Part shown: positions 42,901-54,454 of the stretch, piece by piece
Layout: every line of letters begins with the position of its first letter
Numbering within the stretch: the first letter of the stretch is position 1
From: Eledone cirrhosa
Taxonomy: Eukaryota
DNA length: 64,000 bases
Direction of reading: 5' to 3'
NCBI GenBank assembly: GCA_964016885.1
Contig: OZ024756.1
Coordinates: 13,392,001 to 13,456,000 of the forward strand
Translations under genes and position numbers: made by a program
The notes under the pieces: generated by a model
The model's input: only the letters and a program-made list of their open reading frames with translations
Told to the model about the DNA's origin: nothing
Databases searched by the model: none

Positions 42901-45092
42901 GTAGTGACGCTGATAAGGAAAGACGAGAACAAGAGGGACACATTAGACAACTTCAGGCCCTTAACTCTGCTCAACACAGAGTTTAAGATTTTGGCCAGGG
43001 TGTTAGCGAAGAGGTTGGCGCTTGTCGTCGGGATTTGGTTGGGGAGGCACAAACTTGCGCAATCCCAACCAGGTCCATACACGACAACCTCCACCTGATG
43101 CGATACATCATAGAGAGCGTAGGGTGTAAACCTGGCTTCGGTGGGGCTCTGATCAATTTAGATCAATCGAAAGCATTCGATAGGATCGACCATCGGTACC
43201 TGGAGGCTGTCCTCAAGGCGGCTGGCTTCGGCCCCGTCTTCAGAAGCCGGATCGCTGCAATGCACAGCGGCACCTGCTCGGTGGTCAAAATTAATGGCCA
43301 TCTCTCGGAACCGTTTCAGGTCTCCCGATCGGTCCGTCAAGGGTGCCCTCTCTCCTCCCTTCTGCTCGTATTGACTCTCGAGCCTTTACTGCGGAAGCTG
43401 GAGCTGTTGCAGGGCATCCCGCTCGAACTGGGACGCGGAAAGGCTGTGTCGGCTTATGCGGACGACATCACCGTGATGGTGTCGGACACCTCAGAAATCG
43501 AGGTGGTCGGCAACTTATTGGAGGAATATGAAAGGTTGACGGGAGCAAAACTTAACCCGGAAAAGTCGGTGGGCTTGCAACTCGGCACCTGGAGAGGCAA
43601 GTCCATGCCGCCCAACAGCGTCGTTAGGCGCTGGACGGACGGACCGGTAAAATTGCTCGAGGTTTGGTTCGGGCCAGACCTTCAGGTGGATAAGAATTGG
43701 GACGAGGTGATGGGCAGGGTAGCCAGTCTCACTCAGAAATGGGCTGGGAGGAAGCTATCGCTAAAAGGTCGGGCGGAGGTGGCGAACGCGCACATCGCGT
43801 CCGTCATCTACTACCGTCTGACCGTCGTCCCTTGCCCCCGTTCGCGCCTCGCCATCTTGGAGCCGCTCCTCTTCAAATTCTTGTGGAGGGTCAGGTTCCG
43901 CTGGTGAGGCGGTGCATCTGCTGCTAGCACCCTCTACGTGGAGGGCGGGGCATGCCGTGGCTAATGATGCGCAGACACGCGCTGAGGCTGCAGCATCTCC
44001 AGATATTCTGCCTAAACGGTGAACGGGTGTGGTCGCCGTTTGTCAAACGGGCCTTTCCGCAGCTCGTCTCTTTGACTGAGCTGCAGTCCTGGGTCAAGAA
44101 GAGACCGAGACTGGGTGACTGGCATCTGGAATGTTGCCAGGCACTCACTGCCCTCTACCAGGCGGTCAATTCGGTCAGTGGAACTTCCACTCTCGAGTTC
44201 TATAGAAGATTAGTGGTGGGCAAGTGCGACGACGCACTCGGAGAGGCTCTGGGAGTCGACAAAGTCGAACTAACCAGTCTGTTCCGGAGGACTTTCGAGC
44301 CGGGAACGATGGATAATTTCCAAAAATCCCTCGCTTGGCAGTGCTACCGGAGGGGCACTGCCTGTTCGAGATAAACTCTACAGGCACGGAAGTGCTGTCA
44401 GATGGACCTGCCCAAGATGCGCGCAGAGCGACGAAACCGTTCTGCACGCACTCGTCCAGTGTCCATGCATTACTGACTTGCGGAGTTATGTCGAACAGCT
44501 GTAGAACGGATCCGGCTATCGGCCGAGTCCATAGTGAAGATCGACCCGCCGCCTTCTTTTGACCAGGAAGGGCAGGCAATTTTCCTCTGTCTGGTGGCAG
44601 TAACGAAAGAGGTTGTATGGTGGACGCGGTTGAAAGGACTGAAGACAGACACTTTTCTCTTCGGCCAATCCCTCATCAACTTTTTCAAGTTTCACTTAGA
44701 AAGGAAGGTGAAGGTGTAGAGAGAAGTGCTGCCCCCCCCCCCCCCCCCCCGTATGTTTGCTGAAATGTGGGTGAATGTGGCGAGAATGGCCCGTGTGAAT
44801 GGGCCTACTCTGGTCATGCGCCTGTAGGTGGGTACATTTGAGGAGGAGGGGGGGGGGGGGCCTTCCCGGGTGCTCTCGAAGCGTCGGGTCGTTCAGAATT
44901 GGTGGGGTACCTGAGCGAACCCTGGGTGGTCATCACCCTATTGGGGAATTTTTCTTGTTGTATTTTTCTTGTTACTTTGTTATTGCTATTCATATTGTTT
45001 ACTCGATTTTTCTGTAAAACCCCACTGTCCCAGTCTTTTGTATTGTCCCCTATATGTCGGCCCTTGTGGCCAATAAATGAAATCATCATAAT
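39955..45092 (+). mobile_element. Near full-length decayed Tx1/L1-clade LINE: ORF1 with CCHC (about 40200-41707) and ORF2 APE-RT-CCHC (41739 to about 44826)
   Basis: ORF1 has CFVCGEKTHLRAFC across a frameshift. ORF2 has GSLNVRGL, SETR, AGDWN, NFRPLTLLNTEFKIL, LDQSKAFDR, VRQGCPLS, AYADD and CPRC..ETVLHALVQC. Multiple frameshifts/stops and an apparent internal deletion near 42270; AATAAA at about 45072. Confidence 0.9.
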
Positions 45093-45396
45093 ACACCCAC
45101 ACCCACACACACACCCACACACGCATATATATATGGATTTCACAGGACACCAGGGAAAAAGATACAGTTGTATCGGGGTAAAAATGTTTTTATACACAAG
45201 TGTCTTTCTAAGAATTTGTATTTCCACCAATTATTTTTTTGACAAGTTCGTATTTCCATCAATGTGTCATTTCATTAATATCTCCTTCGATCAATCTTAA
45301 TATCGACAAATATAGATTTCCAATTATTTATATTCCTACCATTGTGTTTTTTCAACGAATGCATTTTTAGACATATCTAGACATATGTAATATGTA

Positions 45397-48300
45397 AGGC
45401 GGCGAATTGACAGAATCGTTAGAACGTCGTATAGAACGGTAGAGTGGTTAGAACGTCAGATAGAATGGTAGAGTCGTTAGAACGTCTGATAGAATGGTAG
45501 AGTGGTTAGAACGTCGGATAGAATGGTAGAGTCGTTAGAACGTCGGATAGAATGGCAGAGTGGTTAGAACGTCGGATAGAATGGTAGAGTGGTTAGAACG
45601 TCGGATAGAATGGCAGAGTGGTAGAGTGGTTAGAACGTCTGATAGAATGGCAGAGTGGTTAGAACGTCAGATAGAATGGTAGAGTGGTTAGAACGTCGGA
45701 TAGAATGGCAGAGTGGTAGAGTGGTTAGAACGTCGGATAGAATGGCAGAGTGGTAGAGTGGTTAGAACGTCTGATAGAATGGCAGAGTGGTTAGAACGTC
45801 AGATAGAATGGTAGAGTGGTTAGAACGTCGGATAGAATGGCAGAGTGGTTAGAACGTCGGATAGAATGGCAGAGTGGTTAGAACGTCAGATAGAATGGTA
45901 GAGTGGTTAGAACGTCGGATAGAATGGCAGAGTGGTTAGAACGTCGGATAGAATGGTAGAGTGGTTAGAACGTCAGATAGAATGGTAGAGTGGTTAGAAC
46001 GTCGGATAGAATGGTAGTGTGGTTAGAACTTCGGATTGGCAGAGTGGTTAGAACGTCGGATAGAATGGTAGAGTGGTTAGAACGTCGGATAGAATGGCAG
46101 AGTGGTTAGAACGTCAGATAGAATGGTAGAGTGGTTAGAACGTCAGATAGAATGGTAGAGTGGTTAGAACGTCATATAGAATGGTAGAGTGGTTAGAACG
46201 ACGGATAGAATGGCAGAGTGGTTAGAACGTCAGATAGAATGGTAGAGTGGTTAGAACGTCTGATAGAATGGTAGAGTGGTTAGAACGTCGGATAGAATGG
46301 CAGAGTGGTTAGAACGTCTGATAGAATGGTAGAGTGGTTAGAACGTCGGATAGAATGGTAGAGTGGTTAGAACGTCGGATAGAATGGTAGAGTGGTTAGA
46401 ACGTCTGATAGAATGGTAGAGTGGTTAGAACGTCGGATAGAATGGTAGAGTGGTTAGAACGTCGGATAGAATGGCAGAGTGGTTAGAACGTCGGATAGAA
46501 TGGTAGAGTGGTTAGAACGTCGGATAGAATGGCAGAGTGGTAGAGTGGTTAGAACGTCTGATAGAATGGCAGAGTGGTTAGAACGTCAGATAGAATGGTA
46601 GAGTGGTTAGAACGTCGGATAGAATGGCAGAGTGGTTAGAACGTCGGATAGAATGGTAGAGTGGTTAGAACGTCAGATAGAATGGTAGAGTGGTTAGAAC
46701 GTCGGATAGAATGGTAGTGTGGTTAGAACTTCGGATAGAATGGCAGAGTGGTTAGAACGTCGGATAGAATGGTAGAGTGGTTAGAACGTCAGATAGAATG
46801 GTAGAGTGGTTAGAACGTCGGATAGAATGGCAGAGTGGTTAGAACGTCGGATAGAATGGCAGAGTGGTTAGAACGTCTGATAGAATGGTAGAGTGGTTAG
46901 AACGTCAGATAGAATGGTAGAGTGGTTAGAACGTCTGATAGAATGGTAGAGTGGTTAGAACGTCAGATAGAATGGTAGAGTGGTTAGAACGTCAGATAGA
47001 ATGGTAGAGTGGTTAGAACGTCAGATAGAATGGCAGAGTGGTTAGAACGTCAGATAGAATGGTAGAGTGGTTAGAACGTCTGATAGAATGGTAGAGTGGT
47101 TAGAACGTCAGATAGAATGGTAGAGTGGTTAGAACGTCAGATAGAATGGTAGAGTGGTTAGAACGTCAGATAGAATGGCAGAGTGGTTAGAACGTCAGAT
47201 AGAATGGCAGAGTGGTTAGAACGTCAGATAGAATGGCAGAGTGGTTAGAACGTCAGATAGAATGGTAGAGTGGTTAGAACGTCAGATAGAATGGTAGAGT
47301 GGTTAGAACGTCAGATTGAATGGTAGAGTGGTTAGAACGTCAGATAGAATGGCAGAGTGGTTAGAACGTCAGATAGAATGGCAGAGTGGTTAGAACGTCA
47401 GATAGAATGGCAGAGTGGTTAGAACGTCAGATAGAATGGTAGAGTGGTTAGAACGTCAGATAGAATGGTAGAGTGGTTAGAACGTCAGATAGAATGGCAG
47501 AGTGGTTAGAACGTCAGATAGAATGGTAGAGTGGTTAGAACGTCTGATAGAATGGTAGAGTGGTTAGAACGTCAGATAGAATGGTAGAGTGGTTAGAACG
47601 TCAGATAGAATGGTAGAGTGGTTAGAACGTCAGATAGAATGGCAGAGTGGTTAGAACGTCAGATAGAATGGCAGAGTGGTTAGAACGTCAGATAGAATGG
47701 CAGAGTGGTTAGAACGTCAGATAGAATGGTAGAGTGGTTAGAACGTCAGATAGAATGGTAGAGTGGTTAGAACGTCAGATTGAATGGTAGAGTGGTTAGA
47801 ACGTCAGATAGAATGGCAGAGTGGTTAGAACGTCAGATAGAATGGCAGAGTGGTTAGAACGTCAGATAGAATGGCAGAGTGGTTAGAACGTCAGATAGAA
47901 TGGTAGAGTGGTTAGAACGTCAGATAGAATGGTAGAGTGGTTAGAACGTCAGATTGAATGGTAGAGTGGTTAGAACGTCAGATAAAAAGGCAGAGTGGTT
48001 AGAACGTCAGATAGAATGGCAGAGTGGTTAGAACGTCAGATAGAATGGCAGAGTGGTTAGAACGTCAGATAGAATGGTAGAGTGGTTAGAACGTCAGATA
48101 GAATGGTAGAGTGGTTAGAACGTCAGATTGAATGGTAGAGTGGTTAGAACGTCAGATAGAATGGCAGAGTGGTTAGAACGTCAGATAGAATGGCAGAGTG
48201 GTTAGAACGTCAGATAGAATGGCAGAGTGGTTAGAACGTCAGATAGAATGGTAGAGTGGTTAGAACGTCAGATAGAATGGTAGAGTGGTTAGAACGTCAG

Positions 48301-48540
48301 ATAGAATGGCAGAGTGGTTAGAACGTCAGATAGAATGGCAGAGTGGTTAGAACGTCAGATAGAATGGTAGAGTGGTTAGAACGTCAGATAGAATGGTAGA
48401 GTGGTTAGAACGTCGCATAAAATGCTGAATGGTATTCGTTCCAACTCTCTATTCTCTGAGTTCAAATCCCGCCAAGGTCAACTTTGCCTTTCATCCATTC
48501 GAGGTCGATAAAAAAGTACCAGTCTAGTACTGGGGTCGAT
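45397..48540 (+). mobile_element. SINE whose 5' A-box segment is tandemly amplified
   Basis: Starts aaggcggcgaattgacagaatcgttag (SINE head). After the array it continues gagttcaaatcccgccaaggtcaactttgcctttcatcc..ggtcgataaaaaagtaccag, as in 16465-16645. Confidence 0.8.
45410..48415 (+). repeat. 29-bp minisatellite (agagtggttagaacgtcagatagaatggy)n, about 100 units
   Basis: Direct tandem array of about 3 kb. Confidence 0.97.
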
Positions 48541-48820
48541 TTTCCCCTACTTCTCTCTCTCACTTTCTATCTTTCTCTGGAAGAAATCTGCTGTACTCAG
48601 TCCTGGAGAGGGATGGGATCCGCCAGGTTTTAAAAATGCCCAAGAAACAACGTATGTCAATGCGGTGCCCCTACAACTCAGGAGTTATGGGACCATCCAT
48701 CCATCCGTCCGTTCATCAATCCATCCATCCAGTCATCCATCCATCCATGCATGCATACATACATACATAGTATCACATATATAGAAAGAAATCTCTATAT
48801 TAAGTATAATTATCTTTCAG

Positions 48821-48898
48821 ATTACCTTCCTGGAGCTGTATATACACACTGGGGAAAGAAAAACTGCACAGCTGAAACAACTATTGAAGTCTATGCAG
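48821..48898 (+). CDS. Internal exon of short-chain collagen C4 (spongin NC1-like) domain protein
   Basis: tatctttcag|at tac ... gca g|gtaag, phase 1-1. YLPGAVYTHWGKKNC..EVYA(G) matches the family start G.VY..WG...C...VY.G. Confidence 0.85.
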
Positions 48899-49194
48899 GT
48901 AAGAATATAAAGTGCTAGATTTTAACATTGGATATTTTTGTTTTAAGAAATCCACACTAAAACACAAACACCATAGTTTTCTACACCTTACGAAAACTTG
49001 TAACATATATTCTCACACATTCGTTTCAATGTTTTAACATACTGACCTTCTAAGATGAAATATGTACGAAGTATAACTGCCTAGTTTTTAGGGACTGATA
49101 TGAAACGGATTGAATTGATATTACAAAGAGTACATTAGAATAAATATTTACCATTGTCCCTATATATATGTTTTGGTTGATTAGATGTTTAATA

Positions 49195-49460
49195 ATTGTT
49201 TCTACTTTTGGCACAAGGCCAGCAATTATCCTAGTACATTACTGGTACTTTATTTTATCGACCCCGTAAGCAAGAAAGGCAAAGTTAACCTCGGCGGGAT
49301 TTGAACTCAGATAGTAAAGGGACGTAACTATGTTGGAAAGCATGTCTGACCAGCATAGTTATGTCCCTTTACCATCTGAGTTCAAATCACGCAGAGGTTA
49401 ACTTTGCCTTTCATCCTTACGGGGTCGATAAAATAAAGCACCAGTAATGTACTGGGATAA
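49195..49460. mobile_element. Two head-to-head SINE halves forming an inverted repeat in the last intron
   Basis: 49225-49333 is the reverse complement of about 49353-49460; same family as 16465-16645. Confidence 0.8.
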
Positions 49461-49513
49461 TGTTTAATAATGGAAGCTGAAATTCTCTTTTCTTTTCTTA
49501 TATTTGTTGATAG

Positions 49514-50037
49514 GTGTCGTTGCAGGACAGCATTTTACACATATTGGAGGTGGAAGCAATCTTCTATGTGTAACATTGAAACCTGAATGGGGTAACTACT
49601 CAGACATTTTGGAATCGGCTGCTACTATTTACGGTGTAGAGTATGAAATGGCTTCATACAAAAGTAACAAAAAAAATGGAATGTTTATCAATAAACATGA
49701 TTACCCTTTACATAATCAAAACGTTCCTTGCGTAGTCTGTGAAACTAGAAGACCTGCTTCGGTAATAATGATTCCAGGACAAAGAAATTGTTATAATGGT
49801 TGGACAATCGAATACTGGGGGTACCTGATGGCAGGACATTATAGCCACAAAGGTAAAAATCAATATATATGTGTCGATAAAGAACCTGCTGCTGATCAAT
49901 CCGGTCACAAAAACGAGGACGGATCTCTGTTGTATCACGTACAAGGGGTAGTTGGGTCACTGCCAGGTCCTCCATACGTGAACTATAGAGAGTTAACGTG
50001 TGTTGTGTGTAGTAAGTCAGCTAGATACTTCCAGTGA
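49514..50037 (+). CDS. Terminal exon of short-chain collagen C4 (spongin NC1-like) domain protein
   Basis: Polypyrimidine tract then gatag|gt, phase-compatible with the previous exon. GGGSNLLC, YGVEYE, HNQNVPCVVC, MIPG..C..GW..EYWGYLM, YICVD, ELTCVVCSK, then TGA; ATTAAA follows at about 50046. Confidence 0.88.
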
Positions 50038-50125
50038 AAATTTAGATTAAATATAAACAGTGAAATACATAAATTCTTTATAATACATAATCAATAGTTG
50101 GATAGATAGCTATTAAATATATGGT

Positions 50126-50190
<65 letters not shown>

Positions 50191-50315
50191 CAAAGGAAAC
50201 GTGGTAAGGAACCAGATGGACCATAACGCACCAAAGTACTCAATACTTAGGGTAGTAGAGTGGGTAATATGAACGGGTAGGACCCCGACGGCTGAGCTCA
50301 AGCCGTTTCTACCCG

Positions 50316-50359
<44 letters not shown>

Positions 50360-50361
<2 letters not shown>

Positions 50362-50657
50362 AGAAGTTAGGTAATAGCGACACAATAATGTGACCAGAGG
50401 CATGTTGCGACATTAATACTACAACAACGAAAAATACAGATATCTTCGGATACATTACTGACTTGCATATATATTACGCAACTAGGAGTGTTACTTCCAG
50501 GGTTCCCAGAAACCTATTGAAGATATTTATCGATTAATATCTATCGACCAGGTCCAGGTTCGTCTTTAACCTGTCTGTATCTTTTGTTATTGTAGTATTA
50601 ATGTGACAACATGACTCTGGTCGCATTATTCATTGTGTCACTATTACCTAACTTATT
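50360..50657. repeat. Imperfect inverted repeat (about 50360-50440 / 50575-50657) anchored on (TA)n
   Basis: aagttaggtaatagcgacacaat..gaccagag.catgtt..cattaatactacaa versus its reverse complement. Confidence 0.75.
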
Positions 50658-51153
50658 GTGTTCACTCTGAGGAGAAATCTTTTAATTACTTTATCATTGA
50701 GTACTTTGTGAATCTTTGAAAATCAATCGAATGCGAATCTGCTAATTGCAGACGCAACTTCGATTATATTCATTTCTATTATATATATATATATATATGT
50801 TGACTTGTTCTTCTTTTTGGTAAATATCATCTTGGTTAAGAGAGTGGGACTGGCTTTGTGCAGTGTCTTTGCTCACTATAAAAGCTTCACGGCACAGGCA
50901 TTGCTTTATATCTGGAGATCCCTCTGCACTTGTCGTCACATGGTACCATGGGCCCAGCACTATGTGTCAATAATTGTCACAAGAGTTTTCAAGTCGCTGG
51001 CTGGACTATTAAGTCACACTCGTTCAGCGCATCGGTAGGGGTTCTCCTACATAGATATAAAGTAGTGGCCGTACTCGAAAACGAGTTTGTATGTACATAT
51101 ATGTATGTATATATATATATATATATGTATGTATATAGATATATAGATATGTA

Positions 51154-51291
<138 letters not shown>

Positions 51292-51507
51292 AACAAGTAA
51301 GACCCCGACGGCTGAGCTCAAGCCGTTTCGACGGCTAATTCTGAATTATGTATATATATATATATATATATATACAGAATTAGCCGTCGAAACGGCTTGA
51401 GCTCAGCCGTCGGGGTCCTACTCGTTCCTATTACCCACTCTACTACCCTAAGTATTGAGTACTTTGGTGCGTTATGGTCCACCTGGTTCCTTACCACATT
51501 TCCTTCG

Positions 51508-51674
<167 letters not shown>

Positions 51675-51705
51675 TATATATATATATATATATATATGTA
51701 TGTGC

Positions 51706-51839
<134 letters not shown>

Positions 51840-51840
51840 G

Positions 51841-51871
<31 letters not shown>

Positions 51872-51895
51872 GTATGTGCATATGTATATGTATAT

Positions 51896-52041
<146 letters not shown>

Positions 52042-52043
52042 GC

Positions 52044-52166
<123 letters not shown>

Positions 52167-52175
52167 CGTATGGGC

Positions 52176-52222
<47 letters not shown>

Positions 52223-52231
52223 CGTATGGGC

Positions 52232-52293
<62 letters not shown>

Positions 52294-52315
52294 GCATATA
52301 TATATATATATATAT

Positions 52316-52904
52316 ATGGAAAGTTATATTTAAATTGTTGGGTTAACAACGAGTAAATATTTATAACTGATATAAAAGCACTCAACAAGTATTTGGAGTA
52401 TATTTATGATATTAAATAAATGGAAACTATATTTATAAAACCATATTTATTTCGTTATATATAAACAGTCTTATAAATAAATAGACTGTTTATATATAAC
52501 GAAATAAATATGGTTTTATAAATATAGTTTCCATTTATTTAATATCATAAATATACTCTAAATACTTGTTGAGTGCTTTTATATCAGTTATAAATATTTA
52601 CTCGTTGTTAACCCAACAATTTAAATATAACTTTCCATGTATCTTGCTCCAATACTGTTGAGCGCTTTATATTATAACTGAAAAAATGGAATTCTTTAAG
52701 ATTACTTCCTCTTTAAAAGACATACCTCTACCTAGAAACAAAGACTTTATAAAACAATTAATAGATAAATCTGACTCTTTTATAAGGAGAATCAGGTGGC
52801 GAGGCAAGGTGATTGAAAGGTATGTCGTATCTATTTATTTATAAGACTGTTTATATATAACGAAATAAATATGGTTTTATAAATATAGTTTCCATTTATT
52901 TAAT

Positions 52905-52910
<6 letters not shown>
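52316..52910 (+). mobile_element. PLE 5' fragment: ~320-bp palindrome, ORF start and partial direct repeat, flanked by (TA)n
   Basis: 52316-52638 is a palindrome. About 52715-52805 reads LKDIPLPRNKDFIKQLIDKSDSFIRRIRWRG, similar to the PLE N-terminal K.IP.P...LI.K...I.R.RW motif. 52843-52908 repeats 52483-52549. Confidence 0.7.
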
Positions 52911-52982
<72 letters not shown>

Positions 52983-53094
52983 AACATACATATAAATCCT
53001 TTGTAATACATCAACTAATATACATTCACTATTGTTTCACTTACCTTTGAATTTCATGAATTGCAAATAAAAATTGTTGAAACCTTATGTCAGC

Positions 53095-53620
53095 TTCCAG
53101 AGTTTGATTTTGATAGATTGATTGATAGCAAATAATTGCTTAGGTGCCTTTCCAGAGATCCAGGCCACCCAGCACACACGAGTCACCCATAGAATACCTT
53201 CTCCATTTAACATCTCGGGGCGGATTTCATCTTCCCCAGCGGCTTTGCCCCATTTGAATTCTTTAACTGCTCTTATGACCACAGTCTCTGAGAGATTAGA
53301 CTCGCTCCCAGATTCACTTCGTGTACATCAGAAGATGCTGCTGTGATCAGATTAAGGAGATCAACAAAGTATTCTCTCCACCTTGCAAAGATGCACTTCT
53401 CTGAAGAGAGGAGAATCCCCAGACGCGTTCTGGTAACTTGCGTGGAAGAGGGCTTCTTATTATGAAGTCGGCAGTCTGCCACAACACTTTATTTGCTGAT
53501 CTGAAGTCGGATTCCAGATTAACCCCAAAGTTCTCCCATGTCTTAACTTTGGACGCTTGTACTGTCCGTACTTCAAGTGCAAGAAGGAGGACTTATTTCT
53601 AAGTCAAGCTTTGTAAGCTT
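53095..53620 (-). mobile_element. RTE (second family) fragment, inverted
   Basis: GILLSSEKCIFARWREYF.DLLN..KAAGEDEIRPEML..G..W; homologous to 56960-57255. Confidence 0.8.
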
Positions 53621-54115
53621 TCAGTAATCAGAAGGGAGGTAGGCGTAAAAGCCAAACTCGCTATCTTCAATTCGGTTTTCGTACCAACCCTTGCCTATGG
53701 TCATGAATCTTGGGTAATGACCGAAAGAATTCGATCCCGAACACAAGAGGCCGAAATAGGATTCCTCCGAAGGGTCTTTGGAATAAAGTCACTCGACAAA
53801 GTGTGTAACTCGGAGATCAGAGTCACTCCAGGTAGAGCCGCTACTTCTCCGAATTGAGAGATCACGTGGACAGGTGGTTAGAATGTCTTAGGAAAGAGAC
53901 ACTGGAGAGATCTTACGGGTAAAACCAACCGACAAGGGACCCAGGAGTAGACCCCGAGCAAGATGGTTGGATAGCATCCATGAGCTTGGCTAGTTATTCT
54001 TGGGATCCAGTCGGATCAGTTGGAGACGGTTGTTTCTGACAGAATCTGTGGGAAGGAGTGTCTGCGGTCTCTGCCCCCTCGACCCTTTTAGAAATAAGTG
54101 GACGAAGAAGAAGAA
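53620..54115 (+). mobile_element. RTE (second family) 3' end with (GAA)n tail
   Basis: FVPTLAYGHESWVMTERI..AEIGFLRR; homologous to 58100-58405; ends gaagaagaagaa. Confidence 0.8.
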
Positions 54116-54264
54116 AATCAAATGATTACGGTATTAATTTTAATTAATCTCAAGGGAGATAACTATTCCAGTAGGCCCCCCCCCCCGTCATCGTTTTCTA
54201 CAGACGTTTCCGGGAGTGACCTCCCTTGCCTAAAACTAGAGAAGGTGACAGAAGTCGATGTAGC

Positions 54265-54454
54265 ATACATACATACATACATACATACATACATACATAC
54301 ATACATACATACATACATACATACATACATACATACATACATACATAAATACATACATACATACATAAATACATACATACATACATACATACATACATAC
54401 ATACATACATACATACATACATAAATACATACATACATACATAAATACATACAT
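54265..54454. repeat. (TACA)n tract, continuing at 56733-56956 and 63125-63274
   Basis: Direct. Confidence 0.95.

Noticed and set aside
45135-45180. GHQGKR as the missing collagen exon of the C4-like gene
   Set aside because: No polypyrimidine tract, and no convincing acceptor/donor pair giving the required phase 0 to phase 1.
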